Shown here piece after piece: positions 20,226-29,101 of a DNA stretch of 64,000 nucleotides (position 1 is the first letter of the stretch; each line of letters begins with the position of its first letter). Below the pieces are notes generated by a model. The model saw only the letters and a list, made by a program, of their open reading frames with translations. It was not told where the DNA came from and searched no databases. The DNA lies in contig OZ241322.1 of NCBI GenBank assembly GCA_965199715.1, positions 736,001 to 800,000 on the forward strand. Reading direction: 5' to 3'. The stretch is from Vicinamibacteria bacterium. GTDB taxonomy: Bacteria > Acidobacteriota > Vicinamibacteria > Marinacidobacterales > Marinacidobacteraceae. The position numbers and the translations under genes are program-made.

Positions 20226-23117
20226 TCACACTCGGCGACGCGGGCGGCCCCGAGACCGGAACCGACCGCCCGGATCGGCGAGGTTGCGTCTCCGCGCCTC
20301 GGCCCGAAGCGCCGCGCCCGCACCCCGCCAGGGGTGCGGCGCGCAGGGCCGAGGCCCGTCGCCCGCTCGTCCCGCGGCTGCGCTCCCGACCCGCTCATGC
20401 CAGACGGTCAGGCGGCCATCGGTCTCGGGGTCCCATGACTCGTCCAAGTCTTCCGGCCGCAGGAGCCACACTTCGCCGCCCTTGGACTTGAGGACGCCAG
20501 CCTCGTCAAGCCCGTCCACGCTCGTGTTCTTCGCCTTGGTGAGAGTCTCGGCGATGCCGTAGTCCCCCCGGTCGAACCCGAACTGCTCGAACCACGCGAG
20601 CGCCCAGCGGGTGTCCGCGTCGAAGTCGCCCTCCTGCTCGGCGAGCACCTCGTCGAGCGTGCGGTTGATCGCGGCGAGCGCCTCCCGAACGGACATGGCG
20701 TTCCCCTCGGCGTCGAGCACCTTCCCGTAACGCGTGTACACGGCCATGCCCGGACCGATGGCCGCCTGCGCCAGATCCACCGGGGCGACGTTGCCCGACT
20801 GGAGCAGCCGAAGGGCCTGCGGAAGCTCGGAACGAAGCTCGGTCAGGAACTCCCGCCGGGTGGCGGCCGGGGCGTCGTCAGGGCGGCGCCGGCAGACCAG
20901 CACGATGGAGGAGGCGAGGGCGGCAATGTTCTTCTTGAGATTACCCGTCAGTTCGGTGCGCATCGGCCACGTACCGGTGATGGCGAATCCAGAGTGGATC
21001 GCAGCATCAAGGAAAATGTCCCAAGCCGTACTGGCCACTCCACCCTCTGCATTCCGCTCAGCTTGTTTGAAAGCGTAGTAAATCGTCACGGGGAAGTCTG
21101 GGTGTGTACGTGCTGAGATCTGTCGGAGTGCCTTCTTCATGCCTGCAAGAAAAAAGGCTTCGGCGGCCTCCCGGCTCCCATGCCGGTATGGAGTCGCCAC
21201 CAACTCCCTAGCTTTCGGCACTGCGAGCGTCGCCATTAGCTCTCCAAATCCCGATTTCAGGGAGCGCCGCAGCCAGACATAGAAGAAATCGGAGAGATCG
21301 GCGTATCCGATGTTGTCGTAATACGGCGGGTCGGTCGAGATCACAACCGTGTCAAGGTCCGGAGTTCCTGCAGCGGCGTCAAACTGACCTGCGAAACCGG
21401 GACGACAGGCGAGCACGGCCACATCCACGACTTTGGTCAGATAATCGACTTGACCTCTGAAGTTCCCGCTGGACGTGCTGAACGGATTGGCCTCGCAATA
21501 GGACCACACCATGGGGAGGGCTTGGCGAGCGAACACCTGTTGCACGTTGCCGGCGCCAGAGTCCCAGAACGTCAGCGTGGAGCTACGGTTGGCTTGGCGG
21601 CCAACTGATAGTCCAAGATACAGGGACGCCGCCTCGGCGTAGGCCGTCGCGCCGAGGCCGCCGTCGCGCAGAGGGCGGTCGTCGTCGGGGAGGCCGGCCG
21701 AGGCGGCGTCATCCCGGATTCGCGCGCGGGCCTCGCCGACGAGGTCCGAGAACGTCGTCAGGGCCACGAGCTGGCGATCAGTGAAGAGGTCGCGCCACTG
21801 AAGCATCCCGTATTCCTGAACCCGAAAACCGAGAGCTCTCTGGGGGAGATCGGTGTCCGGCTCCCACGCCGGCGCCGCGTTGCGGGCTGCCCGTTCCTGC
21901 GCCGTGGTCGGAGTCAAGTACACGCGGCCGCGGTCGCCCTCCGCGACGACCGCGAGGAGGCGCGAACCGAGACGGCCCGCCTTGCCTTCCCCCCGCAGGT
22001 AGTCGAACGGCATCGGCGAACCGGAGATGAGGCATTTGAACGGACTCCCGCTTCCCCCTACCTTGGTCCCGCGCTTGATCCCCCCGTCCGTCGGGGGGCC
22101 GACGCGCACGCGGAACCGATAGTCCCGGCCCTCGACCGCCGGCTCCACCCACGCCTCCTTCCCCTTCTTCGTCGACAGCATGAACGTCGACGCCAGCGGA
22201 ACCTCCACGTCACCGAACGCCGGGTTCGGGCTCCTTACCGTCCGCGCCCACAGCCACGCGATCACCGTCAGCTCCCGCCCCTCGTACGCCTTCAGGTCCG
22301 GACGCTCCCGAACCATCTCCGCCGTGACCTCCACCTTCGGGTACAGACGGCCGATCCGCTTCTCCGCCTCGTCCCGCATCCACTTCCCGTAGTACCGGAC
22401 GTCCTCGGCGAGGCCGGTCGCTCCCGGCCACGCCTTCGCAACCACCGTCTGCTTCGCCCGGGAGTCCGGGTTCACCGGCGGCCTCCCCGCGAACTTCGGC
22501 GGGATCTCGATCATCGCCTTGTTGATGAGCACCGCCACCGGGTTCAGGTCGGAGGCGTGCGCCTCGAGGCCGAGCCGCTGCGCCTCCAGCGGCAGCGCCC
22601 CGCCCCCGGCGAACGGATCGTGGAAGGCCGGGAGCCGGTTGCGGTCGAAGAGCTCGTCCGCCCGGGGGTGGTCCGCGTTCTCGGCGCAGGCCCTTCGCCA
22701 GCTCTCCCGGATCTCCGCCCGCGCCGCCTCCAGCACCGTCTCGTTGGCCGTGTTCTCCCACTTGACCAGGTCCTCGACGATGCGGAACAGCCGCCGGCGC
22801 TCCCGCTCGGCGGCGGCCTCGGCCAGCGCCGTCGGCGTCGCCTCCCGCCCCCGCTTCTTCAACTCCCGCCTCGCGGCCGCCCGCGTGGGGCCGTCCGACA
22901 GCAGCGCGTCCGCGTACTCCGACGGGTCGTCCACCATCTGCGCGAAAATCACCGCGCGGGCCACCGCCAGCGGCTTGCGCGACCACCACAGGTGCAGCGT
23001 CGAGGGGTGGCCGTGGCGGATCGACTTCTCGCGGGCGCCGGCGGCGTTGATCTCGTCGAGCGGCAACGCCACCTCGATCAGCTTGCGGCGATGACGGGGG
23101 GAGTCCGAGGCGGCCAT
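20226..23117 (-). CDS. DUF1156-domain adenine DNA methyltransferase, copy A (homology ends at 20400; lacks the last ~84 aa)
   Basis: [26 protein letters not shown] (DUF1156), DPFAGGG SAM motif, TDPPYYDN catalytic motif; after RLTVW the reading frame turns into unrelated sequence. Confidence 0.9.
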   Translation of the reverse strand: MAASDSPRHRRKLIEVALPLDEINAAGAREKSIRHGHPSTLHLWWSRKPLAVARAVIFAQMVDDPSEYADALLSDGPTRAAARRELKKRGREATPTALAEAAAERERRRLFRIVEDLVKWENTANETVLEAARAEIRESWRRACAENADHPRADELFDRNRLPAFHDPFAGGGALPLEAQRLGLEAHASDLNPVAVLINKAMIEIPPKFAGRPPVNPDSRAKQTVVAKAWPGATGLAEDVRYYGKWMRDEAEKRIGRLYPKVEVTAEMVRERPDLKAYEGRELTVIAWLWARTVRSPNPAFGDVEVPLASTFMLSTKKGKEAWVEPAVEGRDYRFRVRVGPPTDGGIKRGTKVGGSGSPFKCLISGSPMPFDYLRGEGKAGRLGSRLLAVVAEGDRGRVYLTPTTAQERAARNAAPAWEPDTDLPQRALGFRVQEYGMLQWRDLFTDRQLVALTTFSDLVGEARARIRDDAASAGLPDDDRPLRDGGLGATAYAEAASLYLGLSVGRQANRSSTLTFWDSGAGNVQQVFARQALPMVWSYCEANPFSTSSGNFRGQVDYLTKVVDVAVLACRPGFAGQFDAAAGTPDLDTVVISTDPPYYDNIGYADLSDFFYVWLRRSLKSGFGELMATLAVPKARELVATPYRHGSREAAEAFFLAGMKKALRQISARTHPDFPVTIYYAFKQAERNAEGGVASTAWDIFLDAAIHSGFAITGTWPMRTELTGNLKKNIAALASSIVLVCRRRPDDAPAATRREFLTELRSELPQALRLLQSGNVAPVDLAQAAIGPGMAVYTRYGKVLDAEGNAMSVREALAAINRTLDEVLAEQEGDFDADTRWALAWFEQFGFDRGDYGIAETLTKAKNTSVDGLDEAGVLKSKGGEVWLLRPEDLDESWDPETDGRLTVWHERVGSAAAGRAGDGPRPCAPHPWRGAGAALRAEARRRNLADPGGRFRSRGRPRRRV
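20400..20918. repeat. Inverted repeat block 3 (519 bp, roughly 85-90% identical to 28583-29101)
   Basis: Manual reverse-complement comparison; same length; mostly synonymous differences; the terminal 15 bp are identical. Confidence 0.85.
21616..21791. repeat. Inverted repeat block 2 (176 bp, about 3 mismatches to 27713-27888)
   Basis: Manual reverse-complement comparison (DLFTDRQLVAL...AASLYL). Confidence 0.9.
22081..22946. repeat. Inverted repeat block 1 (866 bp, near-identical to 26571-27436)
   Basis: Manual reverse-complement comparison; includes an apparently perfect run of about 425 bp (26780-27204). Confidence 0.9.
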
Positions 23118-23127
23118 CGCGGCTGGA

Positions 23128-24204
23128 CTACCGGCGGGCCGCCGCGGTCAGGAACACGCGCGCGCCGTCAACCGCCGCGACGAGGCGATCCCCGGGCGCG
23201 AGGCCCGCCGCCGCCACGACGCTCGCGGGCAAGGTCACCTGGTTTCCGGCGCGAAGCCTCGTGACGCGCATCGCCGCCGCCTTTCGCCGATCAAGCGGTC
23301 GGATTGTACGGCCCGCGGTCCGCGAGGGAGCGGTTCCGGCGAGAAGCGCGGACACCGCGCTTCCCACGCGCTCCGCCGCCGCCTCGACCTCCTTGTCGCT
23401 CACGTGCGCGTAGCGCATGGTCATCCGGGGCTGGGCGTGCCCGAGCAGGCGCGAGACGACCGGCAGCGGCACGTCGTTCATGACCGCGTGGCTCGCGAAC
23501 GTGTGGCGGAGGTCGTGGAGGCGAACGTCCGGGATTCCCGCCGTTCGCCTCACCTTCCGCCACAGCGAGAGTTCGGCGGCGCGGGGACGGGTGGGGTCCG
23601 AGAGCGACGGGAACGCGAACTCGCTTCCGGTCCGCGGCTGCCGCGCGAGGATCGACCGCGCCCGGGCGTTCAGGACGACCGTGCGCGGGCCGGTCTTGGC
23701 GTCGGCGAGGCGGAGGGAGTCCTCCCCGACCTCGGACCAGCGCAACCCGACGATCTCGCCCTTCCGGCAGCCGGTCAGCAGGAGCAACCGGATGATCTCG
23801 GCCTGCTGCCGCCCCGAGCCGCGTCCCCGGTGCGCGTCCAGCGCGGCGAAGAGACGCCGGATCTCGTCCCGCGACAGGAAGCGGGTGAGCCTCGGGCGCG
23901 GGTTGGGCCGCACGCCCCGGGTCGGGTTCTTCCCGACGTGGCCGCAGGCGACGGCGTGGTTGAAGATCTGGCGCAGCACGTCGAGCGTCCGGTTCGCGCC
24001 CGCCGGGGCGGTCGCCCCGTAGCGGTCGAACCACCGCAGGACGTCGCGGCGGCGGACGCGGTCCAGCCGCCGCTTCCCGAACGCCGGCAGCAGCTGGGTC
24101 CGCAGCGCGCTGTCCATCCGGACGCGAGTGGAGGGCTTGCAGCGCTCGTAGCACGCCGCTCTCCATTCCGTCTCCACGAAGCGTCCGAACGCGGGCGCGG
24201 TCAA
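23128..24204 (-). CDS. Tyrosine recombinase/integrase with C-terminal AbrB/MazE-like domain
   Basis: TGCRKGEI, DAKTG, RLHDLRHTFA, LLGH...TMRYAH; tail MRVTRLRAGNQVTLPASVVAAAGLAPGDRL. Confidence 0.9.
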   Translation of the reverse strand: MTAPAFGRFVETEWRAACYERCKPSTRVRMDSALRTQLLPAFGKRRLDRVRRRDVLRWFDRYGATAPAGANRTLDVLRQIFNHAVACGHVGKNPTRGVRPNPRPRLTRFLSRDEIRRLFAALDAHRGRGSGRQQAEIIRLLLLTGCRKGEIVGLRWSEVGEDSLRLADAKTGPRTVVLNARARSILARQPRTGSEFAFPSLSDPTRPRAAELSLWRKVRRTAGIPDVRLHDLRHTFASHAVMNDVPLPVVSRLLGHAQPRMTMRYAHVSDKEVEAAAERVGSAVSALLAGTAPSRTAGRTIRPLDRRKAAAMRVTRLRAGNQVTLPASVVAAAGLAPGDRLVAAVDGARVFLTAAARR

Positions 24205-25082
24205 GACCGCGGGTCGAGCGCGGCTCCGACGGCCTCGGCCGCGTCGCGGATCATCGGGTCGGCGACGTGGGCGTAGCGGAGCGTCGTCGAGGGCTCGAGG
24301 TGCCCCAGCAGCCGCCCGATGGTCAGCAGCGTCTCGCCCCGGCGCAGCGCGAGGCTCGCGAAGCTGTGGCGCAGGTCATGGAGGCGGAGGTCGGGAAGGC
24401 CCGCCTCGTCCCGGACTGCCCGCCAGCAGCGGTAGAGGGTCTCGTCGGCCATCGCGCCGGCGCCGCCCGGAGCGGGGAACGCCCAGTCCGCGGTTCGCGG
24501 CACGGCCTCCAGCAGCGACCGCGCCTCGGAACAAAGCCAGACGGCGCGCGGCCCGACCTTGCCGTCGCGAAGATGCAAGTGCCCTTCCCGGAGCTCCGAC
24601 CAGCGCAGGGTTCGGATCTCGCCCTGCCGGCAGCCGGTCAGCGCCAGCAGGCGAATGACCGCGACCGGAAGCGGCGCGACGTCCCGTGAGCGGTCGAGCG
24701 CCATCCCGAGCCGCCGGAACTCCGCGTCGGTCAGGAACCGGGACCGCCCGCGCTCGCGGAACCGCTTCAGCCCGACGCAGGGGTTGCTGTCCTCCGCGCG
24801 GTGGCCGTAGAGCTCCGCCTGCCGGAGGATCACCGACAGGATGGGAAGCGACCGATTCGCCGCCGCCGGCGTGTCCCGAAGTCCCGCGAACCAGCGCTCG
24901 ACCTCGCCGCGGTCGATGTCGGCGACGGGGCGATCCCGGAACCACGGCAGGATCCGGCAGCGCAGGTACGCCCGGTTCACCTTGGCGGTGCGGGGCTTCC
25001 AGCGGGAGCCGTATCGACGGAAGACCTCCTCGGCGACGGCCTCGAAGAGGGGGCTGCGGGGTCTGGTACGGTTCGCCGGCAT
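24201..25082 (-). CDS. Tyrosine recombinase/integrase
   Basis: TGCRQGEI, DGKVG, RLHDLRHSFA, LLGH...TLRYAH; TTGA overlap with the downstream recombinase; start uncertain (25082 or 25172). Confidence 0.9.
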   Translation of the reverse strand: MPANRTRPRSPLFEAVAEEVFRRYGSRWKPRTAKVNRAYLRCRILPWFRDRPVADIDRGEVERWFAGLRDTPAAANRSLPILSVILRQAELYGHRAEDSNPCVGLKRFRERGRSRFLTDAEFRRLGMALDRSRDVAPLPVAVIRLLALTGCRQGEIRTLRWSELREGHLHLRDGKVGPRAVWLCSEARSLLEAVPRTADWAFPAPGGAGAMADETLYRCWRAVRDEAGLPDLRLHDLRHSFASLALRRGETLLTIGRLLGHLEPSTTLRYAHVADPMIRDAAEAVGAALDPRS

Positions 25083-25251
25083 GAGAGCGGGAGCGATCTT
25101 GCGCCGCACTCCGATGCGGGTTCGGGGGCGCCGCCGTCGGGGCGGACGTCCAAACCGCCGGTGTTGATGCAAGGCGAGGGCGCGGCGGCTCGAAATTCGC
25201 TCACGGGGACACCCCCTGCCGAAGCGGAGTCCAGCCGGGGGACGTCCGCTC

Positions 25252-26394
25252 GTGTCTGAGCTTCGAGCACTTCTCGAACAGATTCGGCGTGGTATTGCGG
25301 ACGACGCCTAACCCAACGAGAGCGCGGTTGGCCACCAAGTCGTAGTTCCGGTGCTGCGCACGCTCGGATGGAACGTGGAGAGCCCGTCCTTCGTGCGCCA
25401 TGAGTTTCTGCTGAGGCTAAAGGACACGACGCGAAGAGTGGATTTGGCGCTTTGCGTATCCGGCGATAACCCACGTTGCATCATAGAGTTGAAAGCAACC
25501 GGGAAAGCGCTGAACGCCGCCCGCGGTCCAAGCGCGGAACATCAAGTGTTCGAGTACGCGTTCTTCGCAGGTGCGCAATTGGCGGTCTTGACGAACGGAG
25601 CCGAATGGCGCCTCTACTCTGCGCAGAGCTTCGGCCGTATTGAGGAGCGGCTCGTATGGGCGGTCAACGTCTCCAATGACTCGCCGGACGTCGTCGCGAG
25701 CGGCTTCGAGCGCTACCTCTCCTTCGCCAATGTCGCGTCTGGAGACGCCGCGGATTTCGCCAGAAGGGATCTGCGGGTGCGGCGTGACCAACAGGAGGCG
25801 AGACAGTCGATTCCGGACGCTTGGGATCAGCTCTGCCACGGCGACGCAAGCGATGTCTTGGTGGATCTCGTGAGGGAGGCGACGTCCGCGCTCGCCCAAG
25901 GCGAGCCCCGACGGGAGGACGTCGTCGCCTTTCTGCACGGGTTGACGCAACGCCCGGCGCGTCGCAAGGTTCGGAAGCCGAAGCCCGAGCCGGGCGCGCC
26001 GCGAGAGCCGCGACCCGAATGCGAGGAGAGGCGTCTCGGAGGCGGTTCAGGTTCGGTCCGTTACTCGCTCTTGGGCGAGGAACGCCGGGCCAAGAACTTC
26101 ACCGATGCGTACGTTGACGCGTTCCGAGCCTTCGCCGGTCGCGATCCGAGTTTCGTGGATCGAGCGGACCCGAGGCTTCGCGGTCGGAAGAACCGCGTCG
26201 TCGCTCGAACGAAGGAGGAGCTGGCGGAGAATTCTCAAATGAGGTCCACGGCCAGGGAGTTGCCCGGAGGTTGGTGGCTGCTGACCAAGATGAGTAGCAA
26301 GCAGAAACAGCGAGTCCTTCGAACGGCGTGCGGGACAGCCGGCATCCCGTTCGACGATCCGGCCGGGTTGAAGATCGGCGACCCGAGCGCTTGA
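25252..26394 (+). pseudogene. PD-(D/E)xK restriction endonuclease (HsdR_N-like) with SeqA-like C-terminal domain; in-frame TAA at 25309-25311 (re-initiation at GTG 25351 possible)
   Basis: SELRALLEQIRRGIADDA*PNESAVGHQVVVPVLRTLGW; RVDLAL...IIELKA; QVFEYAF; LTNGAEWRLY; GGGG SD-like before GTG 25252. Confidence 0.75.
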
Positions 26395-26570
26395 AGGGGC
26401 GCTTCAAGGGCCGCGCCAGAATCATGGGAAGGAAGCTGATCGAGGTCGCCCTCCCGCTCAAGGCGATCAACGAGGCCTCGGCTCGCGAGAAGTCGATCCG
26501 CCACGGCCACCCGTCCACCCTGCATCTCTGGTGGGCGCGGCGGCCGCTCGCCGCCGCGAGGGCGGTGATC

Positions 26571-27436
26571 TTCGCGCAGATGGTGGACGACCCGTCGGAG
26601 TACGCGGACGCGCTGCTGTCGGACGGCCCCACGCGGGCGGCCGCGAGGCGGGAGTTGAAGAAGCGGGGGCGGGAGGCGACGCCGACGGCCCTCGCCGAGG
26701 TCGCGGCGGAGCGGGAGCGCCAGCGGCTCTTCCGCATCGTCGAGGACCTGGTGAAGTGGGAGAACACGGCCAACGAGAAGGTGCTGGAGGCGGCGCGGGC
26801 GGAGATCCGGGAGAGCTGGCGAAGGGCCTGCGCCGAGAACGCGGACCACCCCCGGGCGGACGAGCTCTTCGACCGCAACCGGCTCCCGGCCTTCCACGAT
26901 CCGTTCGCCGGGGGCGGGGCGCTGCCGCTGGAGGCGCAGCGGCTCGGCCTCGAGGCGCACGCCTCCGACCTGAACCCGGTGGCGGTGCTCATCAACAAGG
27001 CGATGATCGAGATCCCGCCGAAGTTCGCGGGGAGGCCGCCGGTGAACCCGGACTCCCGGGCGAAGCAGACGGTGGTTGCGAAGGCGTGGCCGGGAGCGAC
27101 CGGCCTCGCCGAGGACGTCCGGTACTACGGGAAGTGGATGCGGGACGAGGCGGAGAAGCGGATCGGCCGTCTGTACCCGAAGGTGGAGGTCACGGCGGAG
27201 ATGGCGCGGGAGCGTCCGGACCTGAAGGCGTACGAGGGGCGGGAGCTGACGGTGATCGCGTGGCTGTGGGCGCGGACGGTAAGGAGCCCGAACCCGGCGT
27301 TCGGAGACGTGGAGGTTCCGCTGGCGTCGACGTTCATGCTGTCGACGAAGAAGGGGAAGGAGGCGTGGGTGGAGCCGGCGGTCGAGGGCCGGGGCTACCG
27401 GTTCCGCGTGCGCGTCGGCCCCCCGACGGACGGGGG
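26571..27436. repeat. Inverted repeat block 1 partner
   Basis: Reverse complement of 22081-22946. Confidence 0.9.
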
Positions 27437-27712
27437 CACGAAGACAGGGACAAAGGTCGCCCGAGGCAGCTTCCGGTGTCTGATGTCGGGAGTTCCCATC
27501 CGGTACGAGTACGTCCGGCACGAGGGCAAGGTCGGGCGGATGGGATCGCGGATGCTCGCGATCGTGGCCGCCGGAGATCGCGAGCGCGTGTACTTCGCCC
27601 GACGCACATACGCGGCCGGCGGAAAGCAGTGCGACCCCGTGGAAGCCTGACTGTGAGATGGGGACATGAAGCATCGGAACTTTGGGTCCCGTCTATGGAC
27701 TGGACGTTCGGG

Positions 27713-27888
27713 GACCTCTTCACTGATCGCCAGCTCGTGGCCCTGACGACGTTCTCGGACCTCGTCGGCGAGGCCCGCGAGCGAATCCGGGATGACGCCG
27801 CCTCGGCCGGCCTCCCCGACGACGACCGCCCGCTGCGCGACGGCGGCCTCGGCGCGACCGCCTACGCCGAGGCGGCGTCCCTGTATCT
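27713..27888. repeat. Inverted repeat block 2 partner
   Basis: Reverse complement of 21616-21791. Confidence 0.9.
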
Positions 27889-28582
27889 CGCGTTCGTGCT
27901 CAGCAAACAGGCTGACCACGGCAATGCGCTGTGTACTTGGGGGCCTTTGGACCAGCGTCATTATCACCTGTTCGGGCGTCAGGCGATCCCCATGGTGTGG
28001 GACTTCGCCGAAACCAATTTCTTCTCCGATTCTGCGGGGAGCGTGACGAGCGGTATCCGTTGGTCGGTCGAGTGTCTCAAGCGTCTTCCCGCACATCTCC
28101 GTGGAGGCGGCGTCGGGCGCGAAGCCCAAACGCAGGGACTGAGCCAGGACAAGGTCGTATCGACCGATCCGCCGTATTACGACAACATCGGCTACGCCGA
28201 TCTCTCGGACTTCTTCTACGTCTGGCTGCGTCGCTCCCTAAAGGGAGTGTTTCCGGATCTATTCTCAACTCTAGCGGTGCCCAAAGCAGCTGAGCTGGTA
28301 GCAACCCCGTATCGCCACGGAGGTCGAGACGTGGCAGAAACATTCTTTGTTGACGGGATGTTTCGGGCGCTTTGTCGGCTAGCTGAACGTACGCACTTGG
28401 GCTTCCCAGTAACCGTCTATTATGCCTTCAAGCAATCAGAAACTAAGAGAGACGAAGGTACTACAAGCACCGGTTGGGAGACGTTCCTGGGTGCCGTCAT
28501 TCGATCTGGCTTCACGGTTACGGGAACATGGCCGATGCGCACCGAGCGGAGCGCTCGGACGACGGCCATTGGCGCCAACGCG

Positions 28583-29101
28583 CTCGCCTCGTCCATCGTG
28601 CTGGTCTGCCGGCGGCGGCCCGACGACGCTCCGGCCGCGACCCGCCGCGAGTTCCTGACCGAGCTTCGCGCCGAGCTTCCCGGCGCCCTGCGCCTGCTCC
28701 AGTCGGGCAACGTCGCCCCGGTGGACCTGGCGCAGGCCGCCATCGGTCCGGGCATGGCCGTGTACACGCGCCACGGGAAGGTGCTCGACGCGGAAGGAAA
28801 GACCATGACGGTTCGGGAGGCCCTGGCCGCGATCAACCGCACGCTCGACGAGGTGCTCGCCGAGCAGGAGGGGGACTTCGACGCGGACACTCGCTGGGCG
28901 CTCGCGTGGTTCGAGCAGTTCGGGTTCGACAAGGGCGACTTCGGCGAGGCGAACACGCTGGCCAACGCGAAGAACACCAGCGTGGACGGCTTGGACGAGG
29001 CCGGAGTCCTCAAGTCGAAGGGCGGCGAGGTGTGGCTGCTGAGGCCGGAGGATCTGGACGAGTCGTGGGATCCGGAGACGGACCGACGCCTGACCGTCTG
29101 G
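28583..29101. repeat. Inverted repeat block 3 partner
   Basis: Reverse-complement homolog of 20400-20918. Confidence 0.85.

Noticed and set aside
19943-20398. 151-aa minus-strand ORF starting at the copy A break
   Set aside because: Low-complexity translation crossing IS-end-like sequence; no homology recognisable.
23128-25082. Integron integrase, prophage integrase or classical RIT element
   Set aside because: No IntI-specific insertion or attC array, no phage genes or tRNA att site, and only two recombinases rather than three.
25140-25250. GGACGTCC palindromes and a GGGGACACCCCC hairpin between the recombinase and nuclease genes
   Set aside because: Too short and GC-rich to distinguish from chance.
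27594-27712. Programmed ribosomal frameshift in MTase copy B
   Set aside because: At least two frame changes plus a stop, and no slippery heptamer; indels explain it better.
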